A DNA stretch of 64,000 bases from Batkoa obscura (GCA_030770535.1 JASVEC010000017.1:992001-1056000); one strand, 5' to 3'. Counted from the stretch's first letter, positions 42,333-56,006 are shown. The notes: generated from the letters alone by a model not told the origin. Program-made: numbers and translations.

Positions 42333-44067
42333 TTAACTATCCATTATTATCTCCTTGGCCTTTTTGATATATTCTGATGGTAGTTGAAATCTATCCAACG
42401 CCCTATTGACCTGTTTTAAACTCAACTTAGCATCATTACGTAAAGTTTTTTTACCATCCATCGCCAACTCTTTGATTGCTTTTAAAACAATCAATCCACG
42501 CTCTTTTGACTTGTTTACCTTATCAACATCAAATACCTTCTTATCATCACTCGATGCATTAGAAATAGTATTCCAATAAACATAAATTAAATAACAAAAT
42601 TGAGAACAAGAAAAAGTGTTTTGATTCATTTCAAATCCCGCAACAAGCATAGATACTTCCGATATTAAGCTTGTAATAAAACCTGTTGTATTTTCGTTGT
42701 TATCTAATTGGAACATCATTTCAAACGATGCGTTTGCTAAATTGTATAAAAGTCGGCTCTCTTCTTCTAAAAATTTAACCGGTTTAGGGGCTAATAAAAT
42801 GACTGGATAATATAATAATATAATGGTAGTATCAATTAAAACTTTAAAAAACTTATATACATTTGATTGTGTATCTTTATCTACTATACCATTACTATTC
42901 AATTCCATATTCCAATTCATTAAAGCTGTACAATGTGAATTAAACTCTGATAAAGGTAACTTTAACTCCCCATTCTCTATTAAAGTTATAGTTGCTTGAT
43001 TTTCGCTTTTGATATTTAAATTATGTCTTAAATTAGCTAAATTAATAGTTACAAGTGAATTAAAAAATTCAGCATGTTTGCTTGCCTTTTTTCCCACTTC
43101 ATTTTGACCAATCTCTAAAAACTCACAATGTCCTGTGTTTAAATAGGGAGTCAAATTGGTACTATCCATTTGAAAGCGATAAACTGGAAAATCCAATACA
43201 GTGGCACTATAACCGATGTATGATATATATAGGGCATTCCATAAATTTTTACCTCTTGTACTATGAAAAATTACATTATCTATAGATCCTAAACGTTCTT
43301 CTTCTAAATTATAACCTAATATTTCTGCCATTCTAACAGCTGAAAAAAAATATCTTTCTACTAATCCAAAGTTAGAATGAGATAAAGCCAAATGACTCAA
43401 TAGACTAATAGCTATTACATTGTTATGGGTTGGTGTAGAATACGCTTCTGGTAATAGTAATCGAATATTTTTTAAGCTATTAGAATAAATAAGTTTATAG
43501 CTTTGGCTATTTTTTGGCAAAGTAAACCTAGCTAATAAACCAAAGCAAACATAGGTAAGTAACTCTTCCCTATTTTTTTTAGTCACTTGTAGCAAAGTAT
43601 CTTTTCCAAGCCATAAATTACAAGGGTCCAAAAGGCCAGGTATGACTTTTAATCCAGTTTCTAAAAATCTACCAAAACTAAATAGGTTGGGAATGAAATT
43701 GGTTTCTCGGCTAGCGATGATGGGACTATTGGTAATGAAATACATTTTTAAATAATGATCCATTTCGGTTTTGAATATTTTCATCCGGTTTATCGCTTCT
43801 ATTTCGTTCAATTGATTATGTTCATTTTTCTTTCTACTTTGAATCAATTGATGTTTTACCCAGCTTAAATATTCTAGCTATTTTTTTAATATAAATACTA
43901 CAATTATATATTTACTTACCATAACTAACTCTATGAAGTTGAATATCATTAGTAGTATCAATAAAATTAATATAATTGTTGATTGTTATTGCCAATTTTC
44001 GTATCTGCTCTTTTATTCGATCATGGTTACTTCTTATCTTTCTCTTAACCGTCAGTTCACCTATCAT
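42333..44067 (-). CDS. Fungal_trans (middle-homology)-like protein without a Zn cluster, paralogue 3, intact (exons 44067-43920 and 43873-42333, 562 aa)
   Basis: 46-nt GT-AG intron gives a continuous frame; PTHNNVIAISLLSH...YFFSAVRMAEILGY...RGKNLWNALYI resembles the PF04082 core (by eye). Confidence 0.75.
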
Positions 44068-45545
44068 CCTCAATAATTGTAAGATGAATTATTTTAATCC
44101 AAAGTTCAATTTTTTTATGATTTTGATTTAATGTGAAATCACCAATGCATAAATTGAAAGAAAATGGAAAAACATTTTTGAAATTTTAAACTGCTTAAAA
44201 AACAAAATACTAAAAAGGTCATTCCTATATCCCTTACCTTTCTACATAACCTCACTAAACTCATTTTCATTTTATATATTCTAGAATAAAACGTATGCAA
44301 ACCTTCACTTCTTTAAGATTTTTTTAAAAGTCATTCTTTAATTGTTTTTTATTCAATTTTGAACTTGGGCATATAAAATTCTCTAAATTGAAATTTTTTA
44401 TTTATACAATATTTGATAAAGTTCTTAGAACATTCACAATTATTAAAATTGAAATAAAATGACATTTATGTAGATTTAAACTATAAAAATTCGTTTTCAT
44501 TTTAAACAGGTTTTTAAACTTTTTGGATAAATAGGTATATCAATATAGCATTTAAACCTTTCTTTTTAAATAAAATCAATAGCTTTATTACTCTTTGAAC
44601 CTTGGTATTAAATAATAAATTTTATTCATTTATTGAACAGTTATCGTCTTTATAACTTCTATATAGTTATCATAATTATCTTAAGGCTTATGTTATGATT
44701 TAGTCTAAGAATGGATTTATAATAACCTACCGATTCCCAAGCATAATAAACAAAGAATAGTGACACTTTTTTATATCTCAACGTATTAAATTATTTTTTG
44801 ATATTATTCTATAGTAAAAGTTTGATATAATTATAAAAGAATCAAGAATTGACAACAGGTACTTTTACTTAAAATTTGTGAACTATTACTTTAAAAAATT
44901 TCTTCCTTTATTCTATACTTTTACAGAATACTAAAAAATTGAGATTAAATCATCATATCAAATTTGTATATTAAATTTTATCAAGTTAAAAATGGGTAAC
45001 TCTTAAAACAAATATTCTGTTAAAAAAATTGTAATTAAATAAAGACTAATGATCATTAGTAGATTTATCCCATCTTGGCTATTGTTATTATAAATTATTT
45101 AATAATTGCATAATAGTAATCAAATAAAATATTACTTATTTAAATTAAAAAATATTAGAAATTAGATAGTTTTCATTTTATTATTAACCTTATTTTTTTG
45201 CGCTTTTGAAACCCAATTTTAAGAACTTATTTAATGGAAAAATTATATATTAGGTAACTACTTAAAAAAAACCGTGACCTTTTATTATCAAGATTATTAA
45301 TCAACACAATGAAAATTTATACAATAATAGTTAATGAACCTTGAAAACAGTTCACTAAACATTTCATTATAATTATAGTTTTATTAATTTGATAATTTGA
45401 TATATTAAACGTTAATAATATTTTATTAATATTAATATTGTAAATATAGAATAGAATATCAAACTAAAATATAAAGGTAATTCAAATTTATAAATGAACC
45501 TTTTAAGAACTTTATGAAATTTAAAAAGGAGATTAAAATAAATTT

Positions 45546-45675
45546 AACTTATCTTAGTCATCATACAGGGCAATTAATTTCAGTATCTTCATAAGCATAG
45601 CTAAACATTAAAAGTAAATTTTTTTAAACTAAAATATTAAAATTAACTGCCCTATGTGATGATTAAGATAAGCTA
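45546..45675. repeat. Degenerate foldback (old MITE)
   Basis: cttatcttagtcatcatacagggcaattaattt...aaattaactgccctatgtgatgattaagataag imperfect inverted repeat. Confidence 0.6.
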
Positions 45676-46488
45676 CCAATTTAAATTTAGCAAAGGTGGA
45701 GAATAGTAGTCTTTTTTAATAGATTGGGATACTATTGTCATTTTTTAGATATTAATTTGGTAAACTCGATATTATATAACCTAATAATTGAGAAAATATT
45801 TTCCAATTGTAGTAGTTGTATTTTGTTAAATAACGGTTCTTAAACCACTTTAATATCACTATTAAATTTGAAGATTTGTCCACCAATATCATTTGATCTT
45901 ATCAATAACACATTGAAGCTTGTACAACCTGAAGTTGAAATCCTTTATTAAAGTAAAAAATATAATAACAATTATTAAATACAATGTGTTTTATGTTATA
46001 AACTAAAATAATTATTAAAATAAAATTGTAATTAATATCTGTTCTTTAATTACAAAACACTACTATTATTTGTAGCCAAATATATTGATGAGGAACTTAC
46101 AAAAGATTCAATTTTCCATATTTGGTATCTCATATACGCTACAATTACATAATTTAACAAGATTTAATCAATTTATTAAGAACTTTAAGACAGTTACTTT
46201 ATTTTGAGCTTAAAATAGAAGGTTGAATGCTTAGCACTTGTTTGTTGAAAAGAACATTTTATTATTTAGTTGATGGATAAATTTTTCACATAAAATGATT
46301 GGATATAGTAGAATTTAAAACGAGTTTTAATTCGTTCTGTGACAAATATTTTATTTATAGAAGTGAGACTCATTAATTTTATTTGTTCTTTAATAGAAAA
46401 GTTATTAATTAAAGTTGAAGTTTTCTTTGTTGAAAGTATAAATACAACAATCATTTCTCTAAAAAATTAAATTAAATTAAATTGAATC

Positions 46489-47541
46489 ATGATAAATTCG
46501 GATAACAGTGACAGGCAAGATGTTTTAGATAAACCTACTAGACAACGTAAGGTGCTTGACATCAAAACCAAAAAGAGTATAATTGAACTGTCAAAACAAG
46601 GCTTAAGTCACCAAACAATTGCTACTAGGTATAGTATTGGAAGGAGTACAGTTACCAAGATTTTATTAAATAAGGAGCATATCCTTGAAAACAGTATCGA
46701 ACATTTCCATGACTTTCGCAAAAGGATAAGAAAGACGGCATATGATGGTTTAGAGACCGAGCTCTTTAAATGGTGTACTGAAGGCGTTTCTATCCCTAAT
46801 CACAAGGTTTATTATTCCTGTAGCAATCGAAATGAAAAGCGTAACGTTCTCAATCCTAATATCATTAACGTTCGTGAAGGTGTTGATAAAGATATGATCT
46901 TATGGAAGGCTGAGTGTCTAGCTAAAGACATGAATTTGAGTGATTTTGTTGCTAATAATACATGGCTTGGAAAGTTTAAAAGGAAGTATTACCTTAACTT
47001 CAAAACTGCTAAAAGGCGAACCTATTTAAATGATGGCTTTTCTATTAAGGAATTGACTAAGGAATGTAACCCTATCGCTTATCGTCCACCCACTGAAATT
47101 CAATCACGTAAAGTTTTAGTTAAAAGCAATGTGCCTCAAAATGTGGATTTGTTTAATTTATCTAAAGATTATAAAACTAAAAATAGTCCCTTCAGTGTTA
47201 GCAATTTATTAAACCCAGCCATTCCTGTATTGAAAGTAGGTGCTTCCAATGATAAAGCAGATGATGGGAGTGAGATATCACCTCCTGAGTCTGGAACTTC
47301 TTCAGCTCAATCAGCTCCTGTCTTTGAACCTAAACATAGTCCCGAGATTATTACTCATGCTGCTTTGATAGAGAAGCGTAAATTAGGGGGCTTAGTATAT
47401 AATGAACATAGCCAAAAAAGAAAATCCATCCATAGAACTGAGGAAGATTTTCTTAAAAACTTTTTCCCAACAACAAATGTAGAATCAAAGCCAAAGTCTG
47501 TAGCAACTCCTGAAGCTAAAAATAGAAGTATGTTTTATTAA
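46489..47541 (+). CDS. CENP-B/pogo-type DNA-binding protein (HTH_psq + HTH_Tnp_Tc5), no DDE domain
   Basis: RQRKVLDIKTKKSII...IATRYSIGRSTVTKIL; LETELFKW...KAECLA...FVANNTWLGKFKRKY; low-complexity tail. Confidence 0.85.
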   Translation: MINSDNSDRQDVLDKPTRQRKVLDIKTKKSIIELSKQGLSHQTIATRYSIGRSTVTKILLNKEHILENSIEHFHDFRKRIRKTAYDGLETELFKWCTEGVSIPNHKVYYSCSNRNEKRNVLNPNIINVREGVDKDMILWKAECLAKDMNLSDFVANNTWLGKFKRKYYLNFKTAKRRTYLNDGFSIKELTKECNPIAYRPPTEIQSRKVLVKSNVPQNVDLFNLSKDYKTKNSPFSVSNLLNPAIPVLKVGASNDKADDGSEISPPESGTSSAQSAPVFEPKHSPEIITHAALIEKRKLGGLVYNEHSQKRKSIHRTEEDFLKNFFPTTNVESKPKSVATPEAKNRSMFY

Positions 47542-48590
47542 TTATCTTACTATTTTATGATCAAAATCTCTAATAATAAAATAATAATAGTTTTTTAATA
47601 TGGTACTTTATTTGATATTGATTTTTAAAATTTCTTAGCTTAATATGCTAAATAAAAAGCCACAATTATTACACTAAAAATTTTATTTTTCCACTTTTTG
47701 TGAATTAAGTGCTACGCAAGCCTCAGAAAACTCGGAAAATATTACCGTATAGAACATAAACTATCACATTTGGGATATTTATTTTATGTTCTATTAAAAT
47801 ATTAAAAAAAAAAAATCCTTATGGCAATAAGAAAGTCAAATGTTCAATGTAGAGGATTAAATAATAGGGTTTGATATTTTAATGTTACTCATATATCAAC
47901 ATCATTAAAAAAGTCTTTACAATAGCTATAAATAACTTATTAATTGATTGTAGTATAAAGTAAGTAAGCACAACATTTTAATTTATTTAATTTAGTAAAC
48001 AACAAATATCAAATTACTATTTGTAATAATGGAAACCATAATATCGTATATTTAAAAATAAATGTTACTATTCACTAACTTTATGAATTTAAAAGAGCAC
48101 CATTTTTTTATTGCCAAGTTTTAATTCAAACCCTTCCAAAAGAAAAGTATTTTAATAAATAAAGTTACCACACATTTTTCCCTTTACCTAAATTAGATAA
48201 TACAGTTTATTTATGTTGAATAATTAATGGTTTAGATTATAAAGGTTAATATATGGTGTAGATAAAGTGAGCTTATAGTTTTTAGAAATTACAATATATT
48301 CACCATTTTTTTATCTCGTTTGTGATTAAAATTTTATTAGTAAGCTAAACTCCATTGTTATATTTAAACTCCAGTAACAGCGGGTACTACATTACTATAA
48401 CATTTTTGTAAATTTATATATTTAGTTTTAGTATATTTGTACTATAACTTATAAAGTCTATTTTTCAAGTTTGTTTATATAGAATATTAATTCTTAAAAA
48501 GGCGACTTTTAAAAATAAATACATTAGTGTAAAGCTATTAATTAGCCCTATCTGTAATATAAAGATTATTATTTATAAAAATCAGTATTT

Positions 48591-48688
48591 GGGGGATGCA
48601 TTTTTTTGTTTAAGAATTTTACTAACAATTATTCTACCCAAATAGTACTTAAAAAATGGAAAAAGTGATGAAACTAAAAAACCCTCTC
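48591..48688 (+). mobile_element. 98-bp MITE
   Basis: ATTT TSD. Confidence 0.85.
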
Positions 48689-48766
48689 ATTTTATTTGAT
48701 CTTAAAAAATAAAAATTAGTATTTTTGATCTGACATTTTACTACTGTGTAATAGAGTGAAGCATTT

Positions 48767-48864
48767 GGGGGTGTTTTTTTTTGACTTCCACTTTTTTCAT
48801 TTTTTAAGCGCTATTTGAGCGTTAAAACTGTTAGTAAAATTCTTAAACACAAAAAAACATCCTC
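48767..48864 (-). mobile_element. 98-bp MITE
   Basis: ATTT TSD. Confidence 0.88.
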
Positions 48865-49826
48865 ATTTGCTAGGGTCATTTGTTGAAATAAATACTATTA
48901 GACATGTTCTCTCTTAGTTTTGTGGTTAGAACAATAATTTAATTTAATTACTAAATTGAAGTTAAGATACCATTTATTGATTGTTTAATACTGACTAAAC
49001 TACTGTAATATTGATGGAATTCCTGTTCTTTTTAATAAAGAACAGATTTTTATAAGTACTAGATATAAATAAAAACAAAATTTAATGGTATGTAATAGTT
49101 TTAAAAATATTAAACTATAAACTCTATTGGAAGTTATTAGGTGATATACTAGCTCAAATAAAGCTAAAATTTAACCTTATTTTTTATATTCACTTAACTA
49201 TAAAAATGGTTCAATTCAAATATATTTTTAACAGTAATACACCTGCTTGTAAGGGTCCAAGGTTTTTTTAAAAGCACTTTATGTAATATTACTATAAATA
49301 TATCAAATTTAAGGTTAAAGTCGTTATAATAATAGCTTATTTTTTTAATAAAGTAATACTTCTAATTATAATAGAAGTGATTGTATTATTTTTATTCGAC
49401 ACTCTATACTATTTCATTCTTTATACGTTTTTTACTTACCATATATCAGAGCATATTATCGATGACTTTTAACATTACCGTTAGGCACTATAACAAATTA
49501 TTTATAAAATTCATAAATCTAATAGATCAATAGATTCCATAGATAGTTTTAACATTGTATAGTATATTGGGTCTAATATTTACATCTTATTGGGATGCTA
49601 AATAACCATTGTTTGTTAATACTAGAAAGTTTTCAACTTAGATACTTTTGGATATGTTTTACTTAAAATAGGTAAAGCCAAAGCTTTATTAATTGTATTC
49701 TTCTTATCTATTTGTTTAATAGCAATTATAAATATATGATTGTTACTTAAACACTTGGTTAAATAATCGTTATATAACAAAATCCTTTTGGCTTATACTT
49801 AAAAAGGATAAAACAAGATAAAATAT

Positions 49827-49922
49827 GGTGATGTATTTCTGTATTTAAGAATTTTACTAACAATTTTTCCACTCAAATAGTGCTTAAAAAATGGAAAAAG
49901 TGATGAAGCCAAAAACACCTAC
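49827..49922 (+). mobile_element. 98-bp MITE
   Basis: ATAT TSD. Confidence 0.85.
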
Positions 49923-51001
49923 ATATATTATTTCCGTATGCGGATTTTTTAAAGCTTAGAATTCAACATTTTTAATACTCCTGTAATCCGCAATTAACAC
50001 TTGTTTTTAAAATTCTTCTCTTTTTCTTTCATGTTTTTCCAGCCTATTAGATCTTTATAGAAAAAGCAAAAACTTTATCTCTAACAATATTAATATGAAG
50101 CTATTGAAAATAAAATTTTCGCCACCCAAAAAAAACACATTATATGATGACTATTTAAATTTAAATTTACACTAGATAACTGTTTATTTAAGAAAACTTC
50201 ATAATTCTAAGCTTTAATTTATTAAACAATATAACTTATTAATATAAAAATTATTAGTACATAAAGCACATTTGAACTTAAACAGTTGTGATACATTTCG
50301 ATATCAAGCTTTTTGTTTTTTCGGGTAAAAACGGCTTCTAAATAAGAATTTTATATTACAGGAATAACATTTATAATTCAAAAATAGCGAAAAATTCATA
50401 GAATTATTATCATGTTAAATAATAGAATTTTTGATTTATTATTTTAAAATTTTATCCAATATCATTACAAGTTGTAAAATTGTTTAAAGCCAATAATATT
50501 AAAGTAAAGGAAGTATCTAAATTTGTACTTGTAATTTTTACCTGTAAGTAACAACTAACATATTTTTCTATTCAAATAGATTCTCTAAAGCTTTCGAAAT
50601 ACAAGGGTTACATACCTTTATTTATTGTAATGTAGATATTTATAGCACTAGAAACATTTAATCTAAAAGATATACTCAGATATACTCAAATTTACATTTT
50701 ATTTTAAATAAAGCATTACCAAAAAACATGAGGTCACTTAAATGGTAGAAACATTTTAGTCTAGTAAACAGTGATTGGTAATTACAGAATAGATTTTTTT
50801 ATCATTGAATTAAAAAAGATGCGTAGATTCTAAATTAAGAACTAATTTATTTCAAAATAACCATTTTTATAGCTACAAAATAGCTAAGTTCCACAAGATT
50901 TATTACATTTATTGCTCATTTCCATTGGTATCACCACAGTTCCATTTCAAAATTATATAAACTCATCAAAATACAAAATACTTATAAATAATCAATTTAA
51001 G

Positions 51002-51766
51002 ATGAATTCAACTGATAATGTAATAAACAAGGGAGAAAAAACGAGGAATCGTAAAGTGGTAAACCTTAATGTTAAAAGAGCCATTATTCAACTTGGAGAA
51101 GAAGGTTTAAGTCATAAAGCTATAGCTGAGAGGTTTGAAATAGGAAGAAGTACTGTTACCAAAATATTACTACGTAAAGAAATTATCTTAAAGAGTGATT
51201 CAAATGAAAGTAGTATAATAGAATGTAATAAACCAAGGATATTAAATGAACTCGAATCATTATTATTCCAATGGTGTACTGGTGAGGGTGAAATCAAGTC
51301 AGACGGAGCCATTTATATCAATAAAAATGTTACTCGTAAATCTATACTGAACAAAGCTAAAGATATAGCCAATGGCATGAACTTATCAAACTTCCCAGCT
51401 AGTTTATCATGGTTCAAGGGTTTTGTTGGTAGGTACAATATTGTTTTACCAACAAAACAAAAAAGTATTTTGGTTGTTAAAAGTAACGTCCCTGAAGATT
51501 ATGTTTTGGGAGGCAAAATAAATTCAAGCATCTCTTTGAGTGTTAGTACACCTCAAGAATATCATTCGATTGCTTCCAGCTTTCCTATGATATCTAACGC
51601 TTTTCAAAACTATTCAGAAGTTAGCTATAATATTCCTATGAGATCTATTGTAAGTTTTGATTCAAGGCCTAGCAACCCATATGGAAATTTTCAACCCAAT
51701 GACTATGGATTAAATCGTTATAGGGAAAACTCTAGCCATTCTTCAGATTACATTTACTTTCACTAA
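51002..51766 (+). CDS. CENP-B/pogo-type DNA-binding protein, no DDE domain
   Basis: RNRKVVNLNVKRAII...IAERFEIGRSTVTKIL; LESLLFQW...FPASLSWFKGFVGRY; first ATG at 51002. Confidence 0.85.
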   Translation: MNSTDNVINKGEKTRNRKVVNLNVKRAIIQLGEEGLSHKAIAERFEIGRSTVTKILLRKEIILKSDSNESSIIECNKPRILNELESLLFQWCTGEGEIKSDGAIYINKNVTRKSILNKAKDIANGMNLSNFPASLSWFKGFVGRYNIVLPTKQKSILVVKSNVPEDYVLGGKINSSISLSVSTPQEYHSIASSFPMISNAFQNYSEVSYNIPMRSIVSFDSRPSNPYGNFQPNDYGLNRYRENSSHSSDYIYFH

Positions 51767-52145
51767 TGTAGCCTTAGATATATTTATTTCAGTTTTGATA
51801 ATTTTGATGTAGTTTAATAGCAAATAAATAACTTTTAAGTTTTAATGTATTTCTATTTTTTTGTATTTCAAATTAACTACCTATTCTATATTAGTTCATA
51901 ATATTTCATAAAATATATTGTTTGTTCCTTAGATACGATACTTTGTCATTTTAATATAATTAACTTATAAAATAGGAAATACAAAAATTTATAAATTTGT
52001 ATTTCCGGAAAATAGATAAGCACAAATATTTTTATTTCTAGGTTCATTTTATAATTAAAATATGATTTTATATAAACAATTGTTTCATTTTACTTATTCT
52101 TATTTAGCCTGCAATAATAAACTATTGATAGCTAATATAATATAT

Positions 52146-52240
52146 AAGAATGTATTTTTTAATTTCATTTTCTGTCCATTTTTAAGCGATATTAATTAGA
52201 AAAATTGTTAATAGAGCTTTTAAACAAAAAAGACATGCCC
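52146..52240 (-). mobile_element. 98-bp MITE, strongly degenerate
   Basis: tccatttttaagcgatat...ttttaaacaaaaaagacatgccc. Confidence 0.6.
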
Positions 52241-53090
52241 AAATATATTATTTAATTTATCCTATACATTTCTTATATTAAATCATGAAAGAATTCTTTA
52301 AACATTTTTTTAATACTTTATTAAGGTTAAATATACTATCCTGATTTTAAAATTTATTCAATTCCTTTCCCTCATCTTGTCACTTTCCATAGCATTCTCC
52401 ACTGAATTTCCAAAGCGTTGCCATTGGTAAGAACCCTCATTCTTTACACATGACTGAGAACCTTGCATAGAATTTGATTTCTATTTAGTTTAACTTACCG
52501 TCAATCCAATCACCCCTTTTCAATCATATCGCTCTCTATATCTAATGGAAAGTTCTCTGGAGATTAGAATTGAAGTGGATCTCATTTTGCCCTTTTCACT
52601 CTTACAAGGATATGAAAAGGTTGGGTTCTCTTCCTATACTTCCAGAAAGGCTACCTTGAATAATGTGATCCCTAAAGTTTACTGCGTTTAGTATGTAAAT
52701 TTTTATTTTACTGAATAAAATACTATAGGTTTATATCTTTCAAGGGGAAGAAAATTATTGATGTGATGACAAAGAAAACTATGTCAATATTTATTATTTT
52801 TTAGCTTTTTATTGATATTTTAACGAATTATATAATAAAAAACTTTAAAACTAGATACTGATTATTTCACTTTCTAGTTATTTTGTTTATATCGTTGATA
52901 TTGTAATTATTAAATTGCTATATGTAATAAATAAAACTAGTTCGTATTAAATACATTATACAAAATTTTGATACTTAGATTTTTAAAATTTAATTAAACT
53001 TCGAAATATTTTAATCTAAATACATCCGATTTTATTATGAAACTTTTAAAATGCTACACATTTAATTTTTGATTTTTCTAAAAATGTAAT

Positions 53091-53188
53091 GGGGATATAC
53101 TTTTTGTTTAAGAATTTTACCAACAACCTTTCCGCTCAAATAGCGCTTAAAAAATGGAAAAAATAATGAAGCTAAAAAAAACACCCCC
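53091..53188 (+). mobile_element. 98-bp MITE
   Basis: Family match, both termini present. Confidence 0.9.
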
Positions 53189-53637
53189 ATATAGTAATCT
53201 TCTTTCCCTATATTTTCTTGCTTTTTAACCTTTTCCTTCCATCTCAACTTTCAATCAATTATCTCCATAAAAACATGGTAAACGTGATTTTTATGGCATT
53301 TTTTAAGTAGCTACTATTACAAAACTAAAAATACTAAAGCATAGAAATAAGTATTTTTAATTCTATGACTATTAAAATTATTAATATGTTTTGTTTTTTT
53401 ACTTTTAATATAAAAAATAATTTTTTTTAGTATTTTAATTTTTAAGAGTGTTTCTAAGCAACACTAGGTCTAATAAATTTATAGTGGAAAAACCCACTCA
53501 AAATTAAAAATATAATAACTCTTTGGCTTTATTGACATAAGTTTCTATATTTTATTTTCATTTTCATTAATGAAATATTCAGGGATAGTGCCTTTTTAAA
53601 AGTGTAAAAAAATGAGTTGAAATTCTAACAACAATAT

Positions 53638-54822
53638 GGATGTTCAAATTAGTTTCATTTTTTTATCCAATTTTTAAATATTTTATGTTTTGTGAAAGTT
53701 GGTACTCGTGGCTGAGTTAAAAGCAGTTCTTGGCTGATTAATTTGCCTTGAGTCGAACGGTCTTAGCTTATATAACTAAGATGGACTTAAATGAATAAGA
53801 ATAATACATAATAAGCTACGAACTATGTAAGACAAATAGAATAGACAATACTACTGTAAAATCTACGTAAGATATTGTCAGAAAGACCTAGTGGCTTTAT
53901 TAATAGTACGATATCAGGGAGTAATTCAATTGAAAAGCCTCAAGTTATCATGTTAAAGAATCTCTTTTATACTCTTTGCAATGTGAAGTTAGAAATTCTC
54001 ACAGCAAATTAAAACAAGGAACTCTGGATTGATTATACCACATGGTTTGCGGCTAAATTGATTACAAGGCTACCACTAACTTTGTAAACAAGTTAAATGA
54101 TTATTATGTTATAATTGATCCGAGAGCTGATAAACCAATATTTCACAGTTTCAAAAACTTTGCTTAAAATTCTGTAAAAAATAAATTCTTTATTAAAAAC
54201 CAAAAGTACCTAACACAGTTTTAACTTATTTTATTATAATTTATGTTGTAAGTTGGCAGAATTTTTATTAAATTTAATAGAAGTTCCTGTATTAGCAAAG
54301 CTTTTACTAATATAGCATATATATTGATATTAATCAAAGTTAGATTATGTAAATAAATACATATTCCTATAAAACTTCATTGAAAAACAATTATTATTGG
54401 CTACTTTATAGCCAACATTGCAGATTTGCTATCAAATAAATAAATAATTTAATGTTATAATTACATTATTAGTATATTACTAAGTCAATAAATAGTATAG
54501 GGGAGAGTGTTTAGCCTCAAAACTATAATTAACCATCTTTATATAGTACAAGTAATATAAGAATAGTTTTTATTTTAATAAAAAATAAAGTCAAATAACT
54601 ATATATTTATATATTATATATCTATTAAACGTTAAATAAAAATAGTATAAAGCATATAATTAAAAAAATAAAACAATTAGAATAAGCCTTTCAAGTTGAA
54701 TTTTTTAATTTAATTTTAAGCTTTTTAAATTTAGCTAATCATACATTAAAGACTTACAAATTTAAAGACTTAAAATTTGGATTAATTTCTAGTTAAATTC
54801 TGAAACCAATTCGAACATCCCC
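53638..54822 (-). mobile_element. Non-autonomous deletion derivative of the Sola2-like element (whole ORF deleted) containing a solo LTR
   Basis: Both ends match the intact element; 5' and 3' non-coding parts are fused near 54570; ATAT on both sides. Confidence 0.88.
53691..54147 (-). mobile_element. Solo LTR (457 bp, variant U3)
   Basis: TGTGAAA...TTTCACA; GTTT TSD. Confidence 0.88.
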
Positions 54823-55265
54823 ATATCTTAATAACATTAGTTAAAAAGTAGCATTATAAATATTTATCATATACTTATATCTATTGTCCTGATCATTTCT
54901 TTTATAATTTTTTTATAAGTAATTTTATTTGTAGCGTTGTACAACAACCCTTTCAATTTTTAGAGGCAATAACTTTAATATGTTATAATGTATAAATAAA
55001 TTCAAATTATGAAAAGAATACATGTCTCATATATATTAGTTTAAACTATTTCATCAATTTATTTTAACTTTTTTCTTTTAGTTCTAGCTATTTTAAAAAA
55101 TTCCATAAAACTCCCGTCAAGTCTGTGAAATATGTGGAAGTTTTCGACTCCAAAATTATAAAAAATAGTAAAAATTTAATCATTGAATTATATCAAAAAG
55201 TAAAAAGTAATTAATAACTAGTCTAAATGTAAATGGCTTGAATTATTGAAAACTAAATGGTATTA

Positions 55266-56006
55266 TTAGTGATGGCTAATAAATAGATCCTTTGAGAAAT
55301 GAGGGGTATAATTTGATGTATTGTTATTATATCCATCATTATTGTATTCATTACTATTATATAAATAGGAGGAAGAAGAGCTGTTAATAATATTATTATG
55401 TTCTAAAGCTAAGGAGTCATAAACTAGAGAGTTATAGTAAATTATAAAATGAGAATTAAAACCATTGCCCAATTGCGTTTGAGAGTTGATTGGAAAAAAG
55501 AAATCATCTGGCACATTGCTCCTCACAATATTATTACATAGTAATTGTTGTTTATCAGCATTATTATCAGCTAAACTACGAGACTCATCGACTTGAAGAT
55601 TCAAATTATGTTTTATAAAAAAATTATCTACCCATGAAGGTCCTGCTATTATGTTTTTCAAATCTAATTGTTTGATTAGTTGCTGTGCTTTCTCCAACAC
55701 ATCATGATAGTTTAAAACTGGCTTTGATTGTAATTTTTTAGCTTTACTATTTACTTGGGTGCACCATAAAAGCAAATGATTTTCTAACATGCTTTCTGCG
55801 TGTGAAAATTTACATTGTTTTTTTACTTCATAGGATTGAGTAATCTTATCCCTTTGATTTATTATTTTACTTACGGTGCTTCTCCCGATTCCAAATATAT
55901 CGGCTATCTTTTGATGAGAGAAACCTTGCTCTCTTATATGGATTATCTCCTTTTTACGATCCAAACTTATATAGTTACGAACTCTTTTACTTGGTTTTAA
56001 TGACAT
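55266..56006 (-). CDS. CENP-B/pogo-type DNA-binding protein, no DDE domain
   Basis: RVRNYISLDRKKEII...IADIFGIGRSTVSKII; LENHLLLW...KAQQL...AGPSWVDNFFIKH. Confidence 0.85.
   Translation of the reverse strand: MSLKPSKRVRNYISLDRKKEIIHIREQGFSHQKIADIFGIGRSTVSKIINQRDKITQSYEVKKQCKFSHAESMLENHLLLWCTQVNSKAKKLQSKPVLNYHDVLEKAQQLIKQLDLKNIIAGPSWVDNFFIKHNLNLQVDESRSLADNNADKQQLLCNNIVRSNVPDDFFFPINSQTQLGNGFNSHFIIYYNSLVYDSLALEHNNIINSSSSSYLYNSNEYNNDGYNNNTSNYTPHFSKDLFISHH

Noticed and set aside
52360..52700. Locally GC-richer patch (similar patches at about 14760-15000 and 25740-26650)
   Set aside because: No recognisable protein motif or RNA structure; possibly old element fragments, but unsupported
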